Shown: piece after piece, positions 1 to 7,838 of the stretch
Layout: the number at the start of each line of letters is the position of its first letter
How positions within the stretch are numbered: the stretch's first letter is position 1
From: Candidatus Thorarchaeota archaeon
GTDB taxonomy: Archaea; Asgardarchaeota; Thorarchaeia; Thorarchaeales; Thorarchaeaceae
Length of the DNA stretch: 19,214 bases
Assembly (NCBI GenBank): GCA_011364985.1
Contig: RDOC01000013.1
Coordinates: forward strand, 1-19,214
Direction: 5' to 3'
Program-made: the position numbers and the translations under genes
Notes under the pieces: model-generated
Told to the model about the DNA's origin: nothing
Seen by the model: only the letters and a program-made list of their open reading frames with translations
Databases searched by the model: none

Positions 1-1047
1 GATTAGATTCCTGTTTCTTCTGATAACAGATTCATCTTTCTCCCTATTATCTTGGTCCTCCAAATTGTTGTATTGCATCCCTCGCAATCCTTCTATTGTT
101 GCCCGAATACAAGTTCCTAACATGAGGGGATTATAGCCACCTTCTAACACCCAGAAAGAGCCTTTCATACCAAAGGAACTCACTAGTTCATCTATCGACT
201 TGGCTATGAACCAATACGTCTCTGAGTCAATATTCATGTCTCCAATTGGGTCCGCATAATGTGCGTCATACCCCGCAGAAACAGCAATGATGTCTGGCCC
301 AAAACTCTCAATGGCTGGGATTACTATTTTCTTCATTGCAGCCCTATATGATGCATCTGGTGATTCTTCCATCAGTGGAACATTGATGTTTGTTCCAGTG
401 CCTTTTCCTCTTCCAATTTCGGCATAGTGACCTATCCCAAGGCCTCCATAATTGTATTCATGAAGTGAGATGAACTGAACTGCAGGGTCAGCATAGAAAA
501 TCTCTGCAGTGCCATTCCCGAAATGGTCGTCAATATCGAGAATCGATACTCGTTTCGCCTCCTCTTCGGCTAGAATGCTTCGAGTTGCAATGGCCACATT
601 GTTGAAGAAACACAACCCCATGGATGAGGACGACGTTGCATGATGCCCTGGGGGTCTGATTAACGCTAAGGCATGTCTTGATGAACCAGAGGTAACCATA
701 TCGGCGGCAAAGAGCGCTCCCCCAAGTGCGTACATTGCTGACGGCATGAGATGCGCGCTTGCATAGGCTGACTCTCCAAGCTGACCCCCTCCGAGCTCGG
801 ACATCAATTCTACGGAATGAACAAGGTATTCTGAGTGTACTAGCAATGCATCATCTCGATTTGCCTGGGGCGTTTTGAAACGCTGAATTCCTTCGAGCAC
901 TCCGTTCTCCTCAAGGTACTGAAGAGCCATTTGAATTCGAAGCGGATTCTCAAAGCCCTCCATGTGTGGCTTGGGAAATGGTGCCACATGTCTGTCTAGT
1001 CCACTTTGGTCAACTAGCGTAAATGCATCTTGTCCCAATTTGGCCAC
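1..1047 (-). CDS. Zn-dependent deacetylase, HDAC class II-like / acetylpolyamine amidohydrolase family (3' end runs off the window)
   Basis: Not in the ORF track. My translation from GTG at 1047 is open to base 1 and contains RPPGHHA, GLCFFNN, LDIDDHFGNG, SLHE, NINVPL, SAGYDAHYADP and LEGGY. Confidence 0.93.
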   Translation of the reverse strand, partial: MAKLGQDAFTLVDQSGLDRHVAPFPKPHMEGFENPLRIQMALQYLEENGVLEGIQRFKTPQANRDDALLVHSEYLVHSVELMSELGGGQLGESAYASAHLMPSAMYALGGALFAADMVTSGSSRHALALIRPPGHHATSSSSMGLCFFNNVAIATRSILAEEEAKRVSILDIDDHFGNGTAEIFYADPAVQFISLHEYNYGGLGIGHYAEIGRGKGTGTNINVPLMEESPDASYRAAMKKIVIPAIESFGPDIIAVSAGYDAHYADPIGDMNIDSETYWFIAKSIDELVSSFGMKGSFWVLEGGYNPLMLGTCIRATIEGLRGMQYNNLEDQDNREKDESVIRRNRNLI

Positions 1048-1217
1048 AGTCAGAATTGATGTTCTTCTCCTTATACTCTTTCAGTGGGTGAACAACGAGT
1101 TCCAATTTCGCTTCTCGGTCTGCGAATCCACGACTAGGGCTAGTCTGCGATGTGATTATTCATTCTAGGCATTAGGTGTACTTTCTGACTAGGTTCTCAT
1201 ACCGTTAGACAGGAATG

Positions 1218-1757
1218 CTAGCCCATTATTCCAGTAAACTTTGCATCAAAGTCACTTGCCTTTTCCTCAAGGCCGTACTTCTTCTAAGCTTTAGCAGCTG
1301 CACGATATAGTATCCTAGCAAGCTCCAAATATTGTTGATATCCAAATCTAATCCAAGCCTTAATCAGGAGTTCTAAGAGCGGACTTGCCATCATTGCAAC
1401 TTCATAATCATACTTGATGGCGTCATGGATAGCAATAGTGTTCAAAACAGGAACTTGGTCCACTATTCTTTCCAGCGAATCATTATCGATTACATCCGCA
1501 GCAAGCGTAGCATGATATCTCATCGAGATAATATCGTCCCTACACACTATCCCATACTCCAATGAGTTCGCTGACGAACACAGTGCCAGAGAGTATCTCA
1601 AGGAACAATGGAAGAACATGGAAACACTCTCAATCTAAGAATAATGGGTCTCATTCTATCGGGCGCGGATACAAAATGCAGATGCCAGAGTAACACCTGC
1701 GAGCAGCATCACTATATCCAAAATCAGCATTAGGTACTTCATTCGATGCTTCTTCAT
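1218..1757 (-). pseudogene. Probable pseudogene of a secreted or membrane-anchored protein; includes track ORF 1284..1619
   Basis: ATG at 1757 begins a signal-peptide-like MKKHRMKYLMLILDIVMLLAGVTLASAFCI in the same frame as ORF 1284..1619. In-frame TAGs lie at 1656-1658, 1635-1637, 1284-1286 and 1218-1220. Confidence 0.5.
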
Positions 1758-1855
1758 ATGCAAGATTTCCTATGGCAGAGCTATAATGGCTTTAGTATTG
1801 AACGAGGTGTTTTCTCTGCACGTCAATCAGAAGCATGAAACGGAGAATTCTATAT

Positions 1856-3061
1856 TTACAACCCATGAATGGGAAAGATCAGATCCCTGATCTTCTTGAT
1901 TGTTTCATCCAGTGCTCTCATGATTTTGGGATAGTGCTCTTCCTCTGTACGAATTGGTCTATCTGTCCACCCGCCTCGTTTCATCTCGAGCCCATACTTC
2001 TGGCACAGCTTGATCCAATCTAGTGGAGGCGTTGGAGGAAGGGGAACATCCGCTATGTTTGACAGGACTACCATCCATATCTTTGCTGTTGCCACTGGAT
2101 CGTATCCGCCACCGCCCACAACTACCAAGCCACTGTTCATTAGATGAGTCAGCTGCTTTACCGTCGCTGCCATCCGCTGATAAGTGTCATAAGTAAGCAT
2201 CAGGTCTGCAAGCGGGTCCTTCATGTGAGCATCCCCACCAACCTCCCAAAATACCAAATCCGGCTTATAGGCAAGCCATATTGGAACCACTACGTCTTCA
2301 AAGGCGCCCCAGAACTCCACATCTCCAGTCAGAGGAGGCAAAGGGATGTTTACAGAGTACCCTTTTCCTTCGCCTTCACCAGTCTCTTCAGGCTGTCCTG
2401 TACCCGGAAAGAACCCCATGCTCAGTTCGTGCATCGAGATTGTTAGTACATTCGGGTCCGAATAGAACGCATCCTGCGTGCCATCTCCATGATGAACATC
2501 GGTGTCAAGGTAAAGCACCCTCTTGTTAGGAAATCTCTCTCGGAATCTCTTTATTGCCACGACGCAATCGTTGTAGTAGCAGAACCCGGCTGCTTTGTCC
2601 TCCATGGCATGGTGTAATCCGCCATAGAAGGACACGGCATTTCTGAACCTACCCTCGGCAACACCCATGACTGCGTCAATGCTTGCACCTACAGGGTAAG
2701 ATGCATACCTGTGGACATCTTGAAACACTGGGCATTCGTCAGTATCCAGTCCAAAGCGCGAAGAAAAAGCAGACCCTGTGTTTCCAAATAACTCCAGAGT
2801 CTCAATGTAGGAGATATCATGGTAGGAAAGAAGCTCATCTCTTGTTGCCAAACGCATGGGCTCCAGAGTTATGTGGCGCTGTTCTAGAAACCCACTTTGA
2901 ACTGGAAGTTGCCATGTCACTTCAAGTCTTGGCCGGTTCCAAAAGGGATTAGGTTCAGCCCGCATTCTCCTGAGTTCATCAATACCGTCCATACGAAGTA
3001 ATTCTTCAGGATTAAACAGCGCCGTCTTCTGCACCAATATAACATCTCCAAAATCGTACAA
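1856..3061 (-). CDS. Zn-dependent deacetylase, HDAC class I / AcuC-like
   Basis: GGLHHA, GFCYYND, DTDVHHGDG, SMHE, FFPGTG, NIPLP, GGDAHMKDPL and GGGGY motifs. Confidence 0.93.
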   Translation of the reverse strand: MYDFGDVILVQKTALFNPEELLRMDGIDELRRMRAEPNPFWNRPRLEVTWQLPVQSGFLEQRHITLEPMRLATRDELLSYHDISYIETLELFGNTGSAFSSRFGLDTDECPVFQDVHRYASYPVGASIDAVMGVAEGRFRNAVSFYGGLHHAMEDKAAGFCYYNDCVVAIKRFRERFPNKRVLYLDTDVHHGDGTQDAFYSDPNVLTISMHELSMGFFPGTGQPEETGEGEGKGYSVNIPLPPLTGDVEFWGAFEDVVVPIWLAYKPDLVFWEVGGDAHMKDPLADLMLTYDTYQRMAATVKQLTHLMNSGLVVVGGGGYDPVATAKIWMVVLSNIADVPLPPTPPLDWIKLCQKYGLEMKRGGWTDRPIRTEEEHYPKIMRALDETIKKIRDLIFPIHGL

Positions 3062-3165
3062 TTGAGTTGCTCATCTCTTGGCTGATATTACTTCTGGTGG
3101 GTCAATAGACTTAGAAATGCACTACTTCGAAACGCTCATTATTACTCGACGCACAGGATTGAACC

Positions 3166-4194
3166 ATGTCCAAATTTGACCTTATCGAACAGACTTTCCT
3201 AGGTAATCTTGATGAGCTGATTCCAATCTCTTTATGGAAACATTATCCAGAGATTGATCGCACTCCTGAGGGGTTGGCCGCTGAAGAAATCAAGTTTCAC
3301 AAAGAATTCGATCACGATTTGCTGAAGATCTCATTTCATGGACGATACCCTGTTGTCGATTGGGGATGTGAAGTAGTCTATGACGGAGCCATTTCCGGCT
3401 CAACAACATGCACGAGCTTTGCAATCACTCAATCCAGTGACTGGGAAACTCTTGAGCCTCTTGACGTCAATGATGGTGAGTTCGGAAGGCAAATTCGAGC
3501 AGTTGAATTGATACAGGAGTATGCTGACGGAAGAGTCCCTACACTTGCTACTGTGTTTGATTCTCCGATGGTGGCTGATAAGCTGTCTAAGAGGTCGCTT
3601 ACTGATCACTTGGATGAATCGCCTGAGGTCATGGAGAATGCTCTGGACATAATAACAGATGTTATGGTCGACTTCGGCAGAGCCACACTCGAGGCTGGGG
3701 CAGATGGGATCTTCCTTGCATCACAGCATTCAACTCGTGCCTCAATTAGTGATGAACATTACGAGCAATTTGTCTATCCCTTTGACAAGAAACTAATTTC
3801 CAAGCTGAGAAGCAAGGCAAAATTCATTGTGATGCATTTACATGCAAGAGAGGAAGGAGAGGAGATCCGATTTGATAGAATTGCTAAGACTCCCGGTATT
3901 GATGCAATAAACTGGGAAGATCAGAGTGCAAACTTGAGTCTTCTTGATGGGAAGAAACGATTTGGTAAGGGTGTTCTTGGCGGCATTGATCACAAGGGTG
4001 TGTTTCGCACAGGTTCCGCTGATGAGGCTGTGGAACAAGTCCTATCAGCCGTACAGGAGGCAAAGATGAGGCGTTTAGTTGTCGCCCCTGGCTGTGTAAT
4101 CACTATTGACACACCTCCAGAGAATATCCGAATAGTAGTGGATTCAATACGAGGCATTAATCCATGGGCTAAGGAATGGGAGGGTTTCAGTTGA
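3166..4194 (+). CDS. Uroporphyrinogen decarboxylase (URO-D)/MtaA-superfamily protein, probably not true HemE
   Basis: LWKHY, EAGADGIF, MHLH, AINW, LGGID and VAPGC pattern of the URO-D fold. The HemE RQAGRY motif is absent. Confidence 0.8.
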   Translation: MSKFDLIEQTFLGNLDELIPISLWKHYPEIDRTPEGLAAEEIKFHKEFDHDLLKISFHGRYPVVDWGCEVVYDGAISGSTTCTSFAITQSSDWETLEPLDVNDGEFGRQIRAVELIQEYADGRVPTLATVFDSPMVADKLSKRSLTDHLDESPEVMENALDIITDVMVDFGRATLEAGADGIFLASQHSTRASISDEHYEQFVYPFDKKLISKLRSKAKFIVMHLHAREEGEEIRFDRIAKTPGIDAINWEDQSANLSLLDGKKRFGKGVLGGIDHKGVFRTGSADEAVEQVLSAVQEAKMRRLVVAPGCVITIDTPPENIRIVVDSIRGINPWAKEWEGFS

Positions 4195-5906
4195 CAAAGA
4201 ACCGTGAAGTGGCACAAGCTCTGGAGGAAATATCCCTCCTTCTGCAGATTGAGGGAAAGGACAAGTTCAAGTCTCTTTCTTATGCCAGAGCCGCAAGGTC
4301 TATCACTGGATTGGGAGAGGACATCGAGAACATTCGAGATAGGGGCGAACTCACGAACGTTCCCGGGATTGGCAAGGCCATTGCAGATAAGATAGAGTCT
4401 TTTCTTGACACAGGAGAGATCAAGCTTCTAGTCGAGTTGAGGGAACGTGTTCCAGTTAAGGTGTGGGAGCTAGAGGCCATTCCCGATGTTGGGCCAAAGA
4501 CGATCAGTCTGCTTTACAGAGAACTGGGAGTGACGGACTTGGTGTCTCTTGAAGAGGCCCTGGATGCAGGTAAGCTTGAAGGTCTCAAAGGGATGGGGAA
4601 GAAGACAATAAGTAAGATAGCAGATGGCATAAAGATTGCAAGAGCTGGGGCTTCTCGTACTCTACTAGCTGAGGCAATGCCCATTGCTAACAGACTAGTT
4701 GAACGCCTGAGCAGAATCTCTGATGTGAATCAGGCTGTTGTGGCAGGATCTCTTCGTCGGCGAAGAGAAACCATCGGCGACATCGATATTCTAGTGGATG
4801 CATCCAAGGCCTCCAAGATAATGGACGCCTTTGTTGGTATGGAAGATATTGCGGATGTGTTGGTCAAAGGTCCAACGAAGTCATCCGTACGGACAAAAGA
4901 TGGACTGCGAATTGACCTGCGTGTGCTTCCGACAGAGAGCTACGGCGCAGGGCTCCAATACTTCACGGGGAACATCGATCACAATGTTAAGCTTCGAGCT
5001 ATTGCTAAGACGAAGGGCCTACTTCTGAACGAGTATGGCCTGTTTCGGAATGATGAGCAAGTTGCAGGGCAGGGCGAAGAAGGAATCTACGATGCACTTG
5101 GTCTGGATTACATTCCACCTGAACTTAGAGAAGATATGGGTGAGATTGAAGCTGCGCAAGAGGGGAAGCTTCCCAAGCTCATCAAGTTGGAAGACATTCG
5201 TGGTGACCTGCATACTCATACCGACCAATCAGATGGCAAAAACACGATTGATGAAATGCTAGATGCAGCTGTTGAAAAGGACTACGAATACTACTGCGTT
5301 TCTGACCACACACAGAGTCTAACAATTGCCAATGGAATGGATGAGGCACATGTACTGAAGCGCATTGAGGAGATAGACGAGCTCAATGCATCTGGAAGAT
5401 GGAAAATGAAGATTCTCAAAGGAGCAGAGGTCGATATCCTGGCCCATGGAGAACTCGACCTTGATGACTCCGTCTTGGATCAACTGGACATTATCACTCT
5501 TTCAATTCATAGCAGAATGAAGGACACCAAACAGGTAATGACTGAGAGGGTATGCCATGCATTGGAAAGTAAGTATGCTCATATTCTTGGACATCCCACC
5601 GGACGTCTTTTACTAAAGCGTCCTGAGTTTGAGATTGACATGGAAAAGGTGTTTGAAACCGCAAGGCACAACAATGTTGTGATGGAACTCAATGCTCATC
5701 CTCAACGGCTCGATTTGAATGTGGGGAATCTTCGGGCAGCAAAAAGATGGGGACTTAGGATTGCCATAAACACTGATGCACATAGAACTGGCGAACTTGA
5801 CTACATGCAATATGGTATATTTCAGGCGCGGCGCGGGTGGGTCGAAAAATACGACGTCATCAACACGCTTCCTCCAAAGGAACTTATGAAATCACTTAGA
5901 AAATAA
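4191..5906 (+). CDS. polX: DNA polymerase X family with C-terminal PHP (3'-5' exonuclease) domain
   Basis: HhH motif VPGIG, GSLRRRRETIGDIDIL, IDLR, YFTG, and PHP motifs DLHTHT..SDG, SDH, GAEVDI, HPTGR, NTDAH. The likely start is TTG 4191 (GGAGG upstream, overlapping the previous TGA); the track starts at 4176. Confidence 0.95.
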   Translation: MTKNREVAQALEEISLLLQIEGKDKFKSLSYARAARSITGLGEDIENIRDRGELTNVPGIGKAIADKIESFLDTGEIKLLVELRERVPVKVWELEAIPDVGPKTISLLYRELGVTDLVSLEEALDAGKLEGLKGMGKKTISKIADGIKIARAGASRTLLAEAMPIANRLVERLSRISDVNQAVVAGSLRRRRETIGDIDILVDASKASKIMDAFVGMEDIADVLVKGPTKSSVRTKDGLRIDLRVLPTESYGAGLQYFTGNIDHNVKLRAIAKTKGLLLNEYGLFRNDEQVAGQGEEGIYDALGLDYIPPELREDMGEIEAAQEGKLPKLIKLEDIRGDLHTHTDQSDGKNTIDEMLDAAVEKDYEYYCVSDHTQSLTIANGMDEAHVLKRIEEIDELNASGRWKMKILKGAEVDILAHGELDLDDSVLDQLDIITLSIHSRMKDTKQVMTERVCHALESKYAHILGHPTGRLLLKRPEFEIDMEKVFETARHNNVVMELNAHPQRLDLNVGNLRAAKRWGLRIAINTDAHRTGELDYMQYGIFQARRGWVEKYDVINTLPPKELMKSLRK

Positions 5907-5927
5907 ACTATGCATGCCTTTTCGAAT

Positions 5928-5982
5928 AGTCACATATTGTGACTTCAACGTGTGACCCTACATTGTGGCTTCGCTATATATA
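5928..5982 (+). promoter_or_regulatory. Operator array plus TATA box for the small-ORF cassette
   Basis: Palindrome AGTCACA-TAT-TGTGACT (5928-5944). TGTGRC occurs at 5938, 5951 and 5964 (13-bp spacing). TATATATA at 5975-5982. Confidence 0.6.
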
Positions 5983-6014
5983 CTAATTCTGAGCAGTATC
6001 TTTTGTGAACTATT

Positions 6015-6116
6015 ATGGCTCCAGCAATAAATTCCTTCGTTTTATCCACGAAGAAGAACACCACCAAGGTCGCTTCGACCGATGCCCTTTACCAAGCATA
6101 CCTGTACCGGAGGTGA
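6015..6116 (+). CDS. Small peptide, 33 aa (MAPAINSFVLSTKKNTTKVASTDALYQAYLYRR)
   Basis: ATG lies about 33 nt after the TATA box. Its C-terminus resembles that of the next peptide, and its last codons form the SD of the next ORF. Confidence 0.6.
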   Translation: MAPAINSFVLSTKKNTTKVASTDALYQAYLYRR

Positions 6117-6122
6117 AGAATC

Positions 6123-6218
6123 ATGGCACTGGCTAAGAACGACAAGACTCGCAAGATTGAGGCTCACCGAGTCAAGATTTCCACCCAGGCAATTACTCGT
6201 GCCTTTTTCGCGAGGTAG
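6123..6218 (+). CDS. Small peptide, 31 aa (MALAKNDKTRKIEAHRVKISTQAITRAFFAR)
   Basis: Strong SD GGAGGTGA at 6109-6116, 6 nt before the ATG. Shares the ST-x-A-h-x-x-A-aromatic-x-x-R motif with ORF 6015. Confidence 0.65.
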   Translation: MALAKNDKTRKIEAHRVKISTQAITRAFFAR

Positions 6219-6223
6219 TTCCA

Positions 6224-6367
6224 ATGAATCAGCATTCTGAAGAACTGCCAAAACCTCCATCGACAAGGTCGAAGACTAAGGAGAACCAACCTAGTGCTGG
6301 TAGCACCATGACGCTAGGCGAAATGCTTGCGTTGGAAGCAATAAAGGCATCTCTTTCTTTTCTCTGA
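6224..6367 (+). CDS. Small peptide, 47 aa (MNQHSEELPKPPSTRSKTKENQPSAGSTMTLGEMLALEAIKASLSFL)
   Basis: SD GAGGT at 6212-6216 before the ATG. Disordered N-terminus and a hydrophobic/amphipathic C-terminal helix. Confidence 0.55.
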   Translation: MNQHSEELPKPPSTRSKTKENQPSAGSTMTLGEMLALEAIKASLSFL

Positions 6368-6426
6368 ATTATCTCTGCGACAGTGAAATCACTAAGAAGT
6401 AAAAGTAATGGTGCCGAGAATGGGAT

Positions 6427-6456
6427 TTGTTCCAATTATGCGAAGTGCATAACCGC
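6427..6456 (-). other. 30-nt BHB tRNA intron at non-canonical T-loop position 58/59
   Basis: Central helix GTTC/GAAC, bulges GA|G and AA|A, and a 9-bp intron stem CGGTTATGC/GCATAATTG. Confidence 0.88.
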
Positions 6457-6486
6457 TCGAACCCATGAACTCCTACAAGAGTGGAT

Positions 6487-6519
6487 TTCTTCTCGGAGTC
6501 AAGCCAATGGCTTTGCGAT
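6487..6519 (-). other. 33-nt tRNA intron at canonical position 37/38
   Basis: Insertion between G37 and A38. Intron stems TCG/CGA and AAGCC/GGCTT. The BHB central helix is imperfect (CTCA/GAAG). Confidence 0.85.
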
Positions 6520-6720
6520 CTTGAGTCCACCGCCTTTGACCGGGCTTGGCTATCTCGGCTTTCTGGCCTAAAGATTCAGACAGTAGCTATTTAGCAGTTT
6601 TGGCCTTTTTCCTTATCGCATGAAACCTACTCCTTTCACCAAGGAATCTATGTGCTAGAACAAATCCGACAGGCTTATCGGTAGGAATCGCTCTCAGTAA
6701 TCCTTTGAGGTGGCCATTGA

Positions 6721-7512
6721 TTGCCGAGGTTCAAGCATGAAGATCTCTTGATGTTCTACAAAGTTGTCGGAAACGGAGAGCCCCTTCTCTTAATACATGG
6801 ACTCGGTTCTGATCACAGAGGGTGGGAGTTCCAAGAAGAGGCATTGGCAGCCCACTTCCAGCTAATTATCCCAGACTTGAGAGGCCACGGACAAACAGAG
6901 GTTGATGAGTTGGGTATGATGATACCCGCAGCAGTATTTGCCGATGACCTTGCTGCTCTTCTTCAGCATTTGAAACATCCAAAGGTACACGTAGTCGGGC
7001 ATTCCTTGGGAGGAATTGTAGCACAGAGTTTTGTACTACGATACCCAGACCGAGTACGAAAACTGGTACTCATGGGAACCACACCTAAGGTCACCGACGA
7101 CTTGATTGACGTTGTGTATGGCTGGCGGGAGGTTCAGGTTGAGGGTGGTCAAGAGGCATACTTCTGGACATCATTGCGAAGTGGATTCAGTGATGAATGG
7201 ATAGAAAACAACCCTGACATTGTTCAGCATCTAAAGGAGCTGTCTGAAGAGGCCAATGAGGAAGGGATCGTTGCAGCTGGTCTTGGTCTTGCATCAACGG
7301 ACTTCACAGGAAGATTGGGCGAGATCAAAGCGGAAACCATGATTATTCATGGAGATGAAGATCGAATCATCAAGCCGGAAATGGGTGTCCTTCTTCATCA
7401 GGGCATTCAAGGCTCAGTCATGAAGGTCTTCAAGAAATGTGGTCATTCACCTACTGTCCAAGAACAAGATAGGCTAAATGGAGTCCTAATTGAATTCTTT
7501 AAGGATGAATAG
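6721..7512 (+). CDS. Alpha/beta hydrolase (PcaD/enol-lactonase-like fold)
   Basis: HGLG oxyanion loop, DLRGHG, GHSLGG nucleophile elbow, HGDED acid and GH catalytic His. GAGGTG SD upstream. Confidence 0.9.
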   Translation: MPRFKHEDLLMFYKVVGNGEPLLLIHGLGSDHRGWEFQEEALAAHFQLIIPDLRGHGQTEVDELGMMIPAAVFADDLAALLQHLKHPKVHVVGHSLGGIVAQSFVLRYPDRVRKLVLMGTTPKVTDDLIDVVYGWREVQVEGGQEAYFWTSLRSGFSDEWIENNPDIVQHLKELSEEANEEGIVAAGLGLASTDFTGRLGEIKAETMIIHGDEDRIIKPEMGVLLHQGIQGSVMKVFKKCGHSPTVQEQDRLNGVLIEFFKDE

Positions 7513-7517
7513 GGCGC

Positions 7518-7826
7518 CTACTCTTCGTTGGGAAGCTCCTCAAGATGTGGCCTAATCAGATTGTAGAAGTCTGAGATAATCCTGCTCTTCGGGTCCTCTG
7601 TTTCTAGGATGAAGAGGCGTATCTGTTGACCCACCTTGATTTCTTTGACAAGACCCATATCAACCAAAGGCTGCATGACACGATGAATTGTTGAGTGTGC
7701 CAGACCGGTTTCCTTGGCAATTCTGCTCAGATTGAAGAATTCCTTCGGTCTATCCAGAAAATGCTGAACCACCCTGGTCTGAGCACGAGATGCAAACACC
7801 TTTTCCAGCAACTTCTTCACTTCCAT
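7518..7826 (-). CDS. Winged helix-turn-helix transcriptional regulator
   Basis: FNLSRIAKETGLAHSTIHRVMQPLVDMGLV HTH followed by a wing. Confidence 0.85.
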   Translation of the reverse strand: MEVKKLLEKVFASRAQTRVVQHFLDRPKEFFNLSRIAKETGLAHSTIHRVMQPLVDMGLVKEIKVGQQIRLFILETEDPKSRIISDFYNLIRPHLEELPNEE

Positions 7827-7838
7827 GTCCCCATTCAG

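Larger units (their letters stand above)
6409..6559 (-). tRNA. tRNA-Leu(CAA) with two introns (37/38 and 58/59); CCA encoded
   Basis: Acceptor stem GCCGAGA/TCTCGGC, discriminator A, CCA. Anticodon stem GTGGA/TCCAC with CT-CAA-GA loop, long variable arm, T stem ATGGG/CCCAT. Mature length is 88 nt after removing 33 + 30 nt. Confidence 0.93.

Noticed and set aside
962-1168. 68-aa + strand ORF
   Set aside because: It is antisense to the deacetylase start and promoter and has no motif.
6042-6571. Track ORFs 6042..6266 (-), 6229..6435 (-) and 6383..6571 (+)
   Set aside because: They are antisense to the SD-supported small ORFs or overlap the tRNA-Leu gene, and they have no recognisable motifs.
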